A stretch of 64,000 nt of DNA from Monocercomonoides exilis PA203 (lineage: Eukaryota; Protista; Preaxostyla). Within the stretch, counting starts at the first letter, position 1. Each line of letters begins with the position of its first letter. A model generated the notes under the pieces. It was not told where the DNA came from. It was given only the letters and a program-made list of their open reading frames with translations, and ran no database searches. Location: contig LSRY02000012.1 of assembly GCA_001643675.2 (NCBI GenBank), positions 1,550,001 to 1,614,000 on the forward strand, in the 5' to 3' direction. Below, in pieces: positions 60,201-64,000 of this stretch. A program made the translations under genes and the position numbers.

Positions 60201-63200
60201 GAAAGAAAGAAAGAAAGTTGATCTGCTTGATGTTGAGTGGAGACAATAACTGCAGTGAATGTCGCTTTTGACTCTGCAAACAAAGACAAAAGCGCTGATT
60301 CTGTTTTGGTTGTATTCATCTTTATGGATATTTCTGGACGGATGACTGGAATAGAAGGGAAGAAAAACTGTGATACGATCGTTTTGCTTAATGATGAAAT
60401 GTGAGCTTCATCTTCAGAACTTTCTGTTTTCGTTTTCTTCATATTAATATTTTCATCAATTGTATTTGCAACTTCAGAAGATTTGTTTGAAGTTGAAATC
60501 GTTTCACAATTTGTTTGGCTTTCGTTTTGGCTTTCCTGTTGCTCTGATGATGCTTCTTTCTTCTCAGATGCCTCCTGGTTTGATTTATTAGTCAATTCTT
60601 TGTTGTTCTTTTCGCAAGTTTCAGTCTTTCCAGTGTTGAGCGCCTGTTCCTTTTGCTTCTGTTGCTGCAAATTCTCTGTAACATCCCACAAAAATGTATA
60701 AGCAGGTAAAAAGCATGACTGAAAAGTTGATGCGGTGAGTGGAGGTGATACGAGAATTATTGGTGCATCAGGGAATAAAGAATGTATTCTGCGAGGAAAT
60801 GCAAAAATGCGAGGACGAAGAATTTGCGTGTAATCTGAAAAGATGTGAGCATCTTTGATTATAATGGATGTGATGCTCGGAAGAACTAATTGTGAGGATG
60901 ACTTTGAAGAAAATGATGAAAGAGAAGAACGAGAGTTACTGTGGAAAGAAATATTTGAAAGAGTTTGTGTTGATGGCACTGATGGTGAAGGAGAAGGAGA
61001 AGGAGAAGGTGATGGCGAAGGTGATGGAGAAGGTGAAGGAGAGCAAATGGAAGAACTTGAACTGAAAGACTCATTCGCTTGAGGCTTTCGAACAGCAATT
61101 GGAATGTGCTCCAGAAATCGCTGAGATAAAAGCATCTCGGCAGATGCAGTGAGAGTAACACAGTTTATTGTTGCTGTGAGCTGCGATTCGCTCTGCTTCC
61201 ATGAAATGGGCTGTGTGCACAACTTGTAAATAGTATGTATCACGTAAAGGAATTCTTGTTGTTTCATTTCGCTCAAAAGGATTGCATTGAAGCATCGAAC
61301 ATGCAGAACTGAACGATTTTGTGATTCTGTAGAAGAAGAACAAGCAGAAGCAGAAGAAGTGGAATCTAATGATGATGTGTTGAATTGATCAGAAACATCA
61401 AATGAATAGCTTCCGGTCTGCCAAACATACACTGCCTGTGAATCACTCTCTTGTTGGTGTCTGTGCTGATGATGGCTGTGCTGTCTGCCTCCTAAGCGTT
61501 GAGCTGCAATAAACTGCTCGCTTTCAATGAAGGCACTTTGAGCACAGCATTCCAAAAGAAGCGCATGAGTAGTCAATCTTGACAATGGAATGAGTCTGTG
61601 TGGAGAAAGATGGAAGAACGATGGTAGAAAAAGAGCAGAATGCAAATTCTGAAGGAATCTGGCTTGAATTGCCTCGATAATCGGATCATTATATGGAGAA
61701 GAAGAAGATTCTGATTGAAAGATGACATTCGAATGATAGTTTTCTATCTTTGAATTGTTTGCATCGTTCGTTTCATCACCATAATTATTGGTGTAAATTG
61801 AATGGAGAGTTATCGGATTTTTAGTAAATGTTAAAAGTAGTTTTTCCTTTCTCGACTGAAACACGGAATTTGTACGAACAGGAGCGACTTGCACTTTCTG
61901 TTGCTCTTTTCGTTGAAGCGGAGATTTCATCAAAGCTACTCTTTTTGGCTCAGATGGTTGAAGAGGGTTTGAATATGGAGCAAGAGTGAATTCAGTGCAA
62001 GAGATTGGCGAAGAATCTGGGGGCTGAGAGACCACTTCAGGCGACGGGGATGATTCAAGGAGATGGAGTGAAGGATACTTTGCGGCAGACTGTTGTGCCT
62101 GTTTGGCGCTTGACTTCGCTTTGGCTTTTGCTTTAGCCTTTGCTTTTGACTTTGCTTTGGCTTTGCTTTTTGGCTTTGAACGCTCTTTTTCTGTTGAATT
62201 TGAAGAATTATTTTGATCAGTCTTATTTGAATCTTTTGATCTCTTTTCTTTGTATTTGCTTGGAATTGTGTCGCTGTAATCAGAATTGAATGAGACATCA
62301 GAAGAATACGAATCCGATTCGCTGTCGCTCTTTCCTTTTTGCTCATTTTTGAGACTCGACTTTTTGCTGTTTTTCAAATTTTCTTCTTCATCATCATTTT
62401 CATTTTGATCTTCGTCAATTGCATCGCTCTCATCTTCACCAACTTTTTCGTTGGCTGTTTTCTCATTTTCTGGAACCGTTGTTGCAAGCTGCTTTTCTCC
62501 TCCTTCAATAATTATCAAGTCGTCGTCTTCTTCCTGCGATTGTGATTTGTTTCGAGTGCTTCTGCTCCTCAACCTCAAAGCAATTCCGGTTTGATCCTTT
62601 TCTGCATTGCTTTCAATCGAATCCTCATTCTCCTCTTCTTGTTCATCTTCGCTATAAGACTCCTCAAATTGCTCAGAACTTTCTTCCTCTTTCTTCTTCC
62701 TTCCTTTACGAGTTGCAGGCGTCTTTGTGATCTTTTCTTTTTCACTCTGCATTTTTGTTCCATAAGTGTGCATCCTCGGGAAATCTGCCACTGGAGCCAC
62801 TGCTCTCTCAAACTCTCTCTTTCTGCTAAGTTTCGCGCCAGTTGACTTCATCAGGCTCTTCATGATGTCTCTCTGCGACGTCGAGTGTGATGTGTATGTG
62901 TGAAGCCTTCCTCGAAGCTTCGTTCTAAGTTTCTTTGTGCCTCTTCTGCCTCTCCGCTGTGACTTGTATTTGTATGGCTTCTTGTGGATGCGAGAGGAAG
63001 ATGGAGAAGATGAGGAGCTGTCTGATGATTCGTCCAAGAAGCCTCCACTTCCGCTTTCGTAATCTTCAAAGTCAGAATGCTCAGACAACGATGCAGAAGC
63101 GGCATCTTCATTTCCTGCTGACTCACCTTTATTCTCTTCTTCTGATTGTTTAACCCCTGATGCATCATTGCCTTCAGCAGCATCGCCCAATCCATCACTC

Positions 63201-64000
63201 TTTGATGGATGATCTGCTCTTAACTTCAATCTTTTCTTCACTGATTTTCCTGTTGATTCATTCACCTGCAATTCTCCTGAAAGGATTTCTGAACGATGCC
63301 TCTTTCGAGGGCGAATTGAGTCAGAAGCATCAGCATTGTCTTCAGTCTGATTGGTGTTGTCCATTTGCTCCTCATCTGCATTCTGTTGGGTTCGACTTTT
63401 GCTGCTTTGCAAAGAACGCTGTGAACGCCTTCTGTATTTCTGAGATTTACTTCCATTCTTCGATTGATCGTCGAAAGCAAATGAAGACAGGATTGAAGCA
63501 GACACGCTGTGCAGAGGAGGCTGAGATGGGCAAATGGAATGCGACATGGAGCGAAATGCATCGAGTGAAAGAACAGTGGAAGATGTTGGATCGGATAGAA
63601 TTCCATCAGGATTGGAAGAAGAAAACTGTGACAATTCTTCAGAAGCAGATGAAGGTGGAAGTCCAGACGCAGGCAGAGTATGAAACTGCTGCGTTGATCT
63701 GAAAGATGACAAGTCTGATGACAACAAATGAGAAATGGAGGGAGACGATGTTTGTGTGCGCATGTGAAGTGGAGTCTGTGCGAGTGAAGTGATGTCCGAA
63801 GTGATTGATTTGTGGAGAACAGATGGAGAATAAAGATGAGATGTTGACTGTCGGCCAGGTGCATCCAGCGACTGATGATATGCAGATGAGAAAAAGTTCG
63901 GAGGGACAAAAGGAATTGTGTTGCTAGTTGTGCCAAGCTGTTTGAGATGAAGCTGAAATGAGTCACTTGTCGAAGATGTTTGTTCGGAGTCTGTTTGAGA
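57263..64000 (-). CDS. RECQL4-like protein with degenerate helicase motifs (5' end outside window); exons >64000-57434 and 57310-57263
   Basis: Frame is open to the window edge. IIIKDAHIFSDYTQILRP ~ DEAHCVSQWSHNFRP; AYSMHSG..QK ~ AYHAG..ER; VVCT...IVFFGMPKSIE ~ VVAT...VxHxGLPxSxE; HFLF...DYLPLR; LATDLFIRKEMIEFIL; C-terminal LAKIFVGV...WGRYKNVDF|LRSSIE as in RECQL4. Last intron is 57433-57311. Confidence 0.75.

Overview
Eukaryotic, AT-rich protist genomic DNA with short GT-AG introns (about 45-120 nt), the standard genetic code and many poly-Ser/acidic low-complexity tracts. The gene families suggest an oxymonad such as Monocercomonoides (inference, not verified). Contents from left to right: the 3' end of an unknown gene; a 3.6-kaa FANCM/Mph1 DEAH helicase; a Ser-rich hypothetical protein; two paralogous type I surface proteins with Cys/GG-repeat ectodomains (one with a short tail, one with a C-lobe-only pseudokinase); a two-exon helical hypothetical protein; a 3-kb mobile-DNA island (a near-perfect 244-bp-arm foldback, then a decayed tyrosine-recombinase gene between two inverted pogo/Tc1-like MITEs); a calpain-7/PalB whose MIT-domain exons are missed by the ORF track; a Ubl + Skp1/Elongin-C-like + LRR fusion protein; a multi-pass membrane IBR-RING2 protein lacking the RBR catalytic Cys; a 5-exon dUTPase head-to-head with a 5-exon Qc-SNARE; and a RECQL4-like protein whose helicase motifs are degenerate. 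No rRNA, tRNA or CRISPR array was seen. All motif assignments are by eye; no searches were run.
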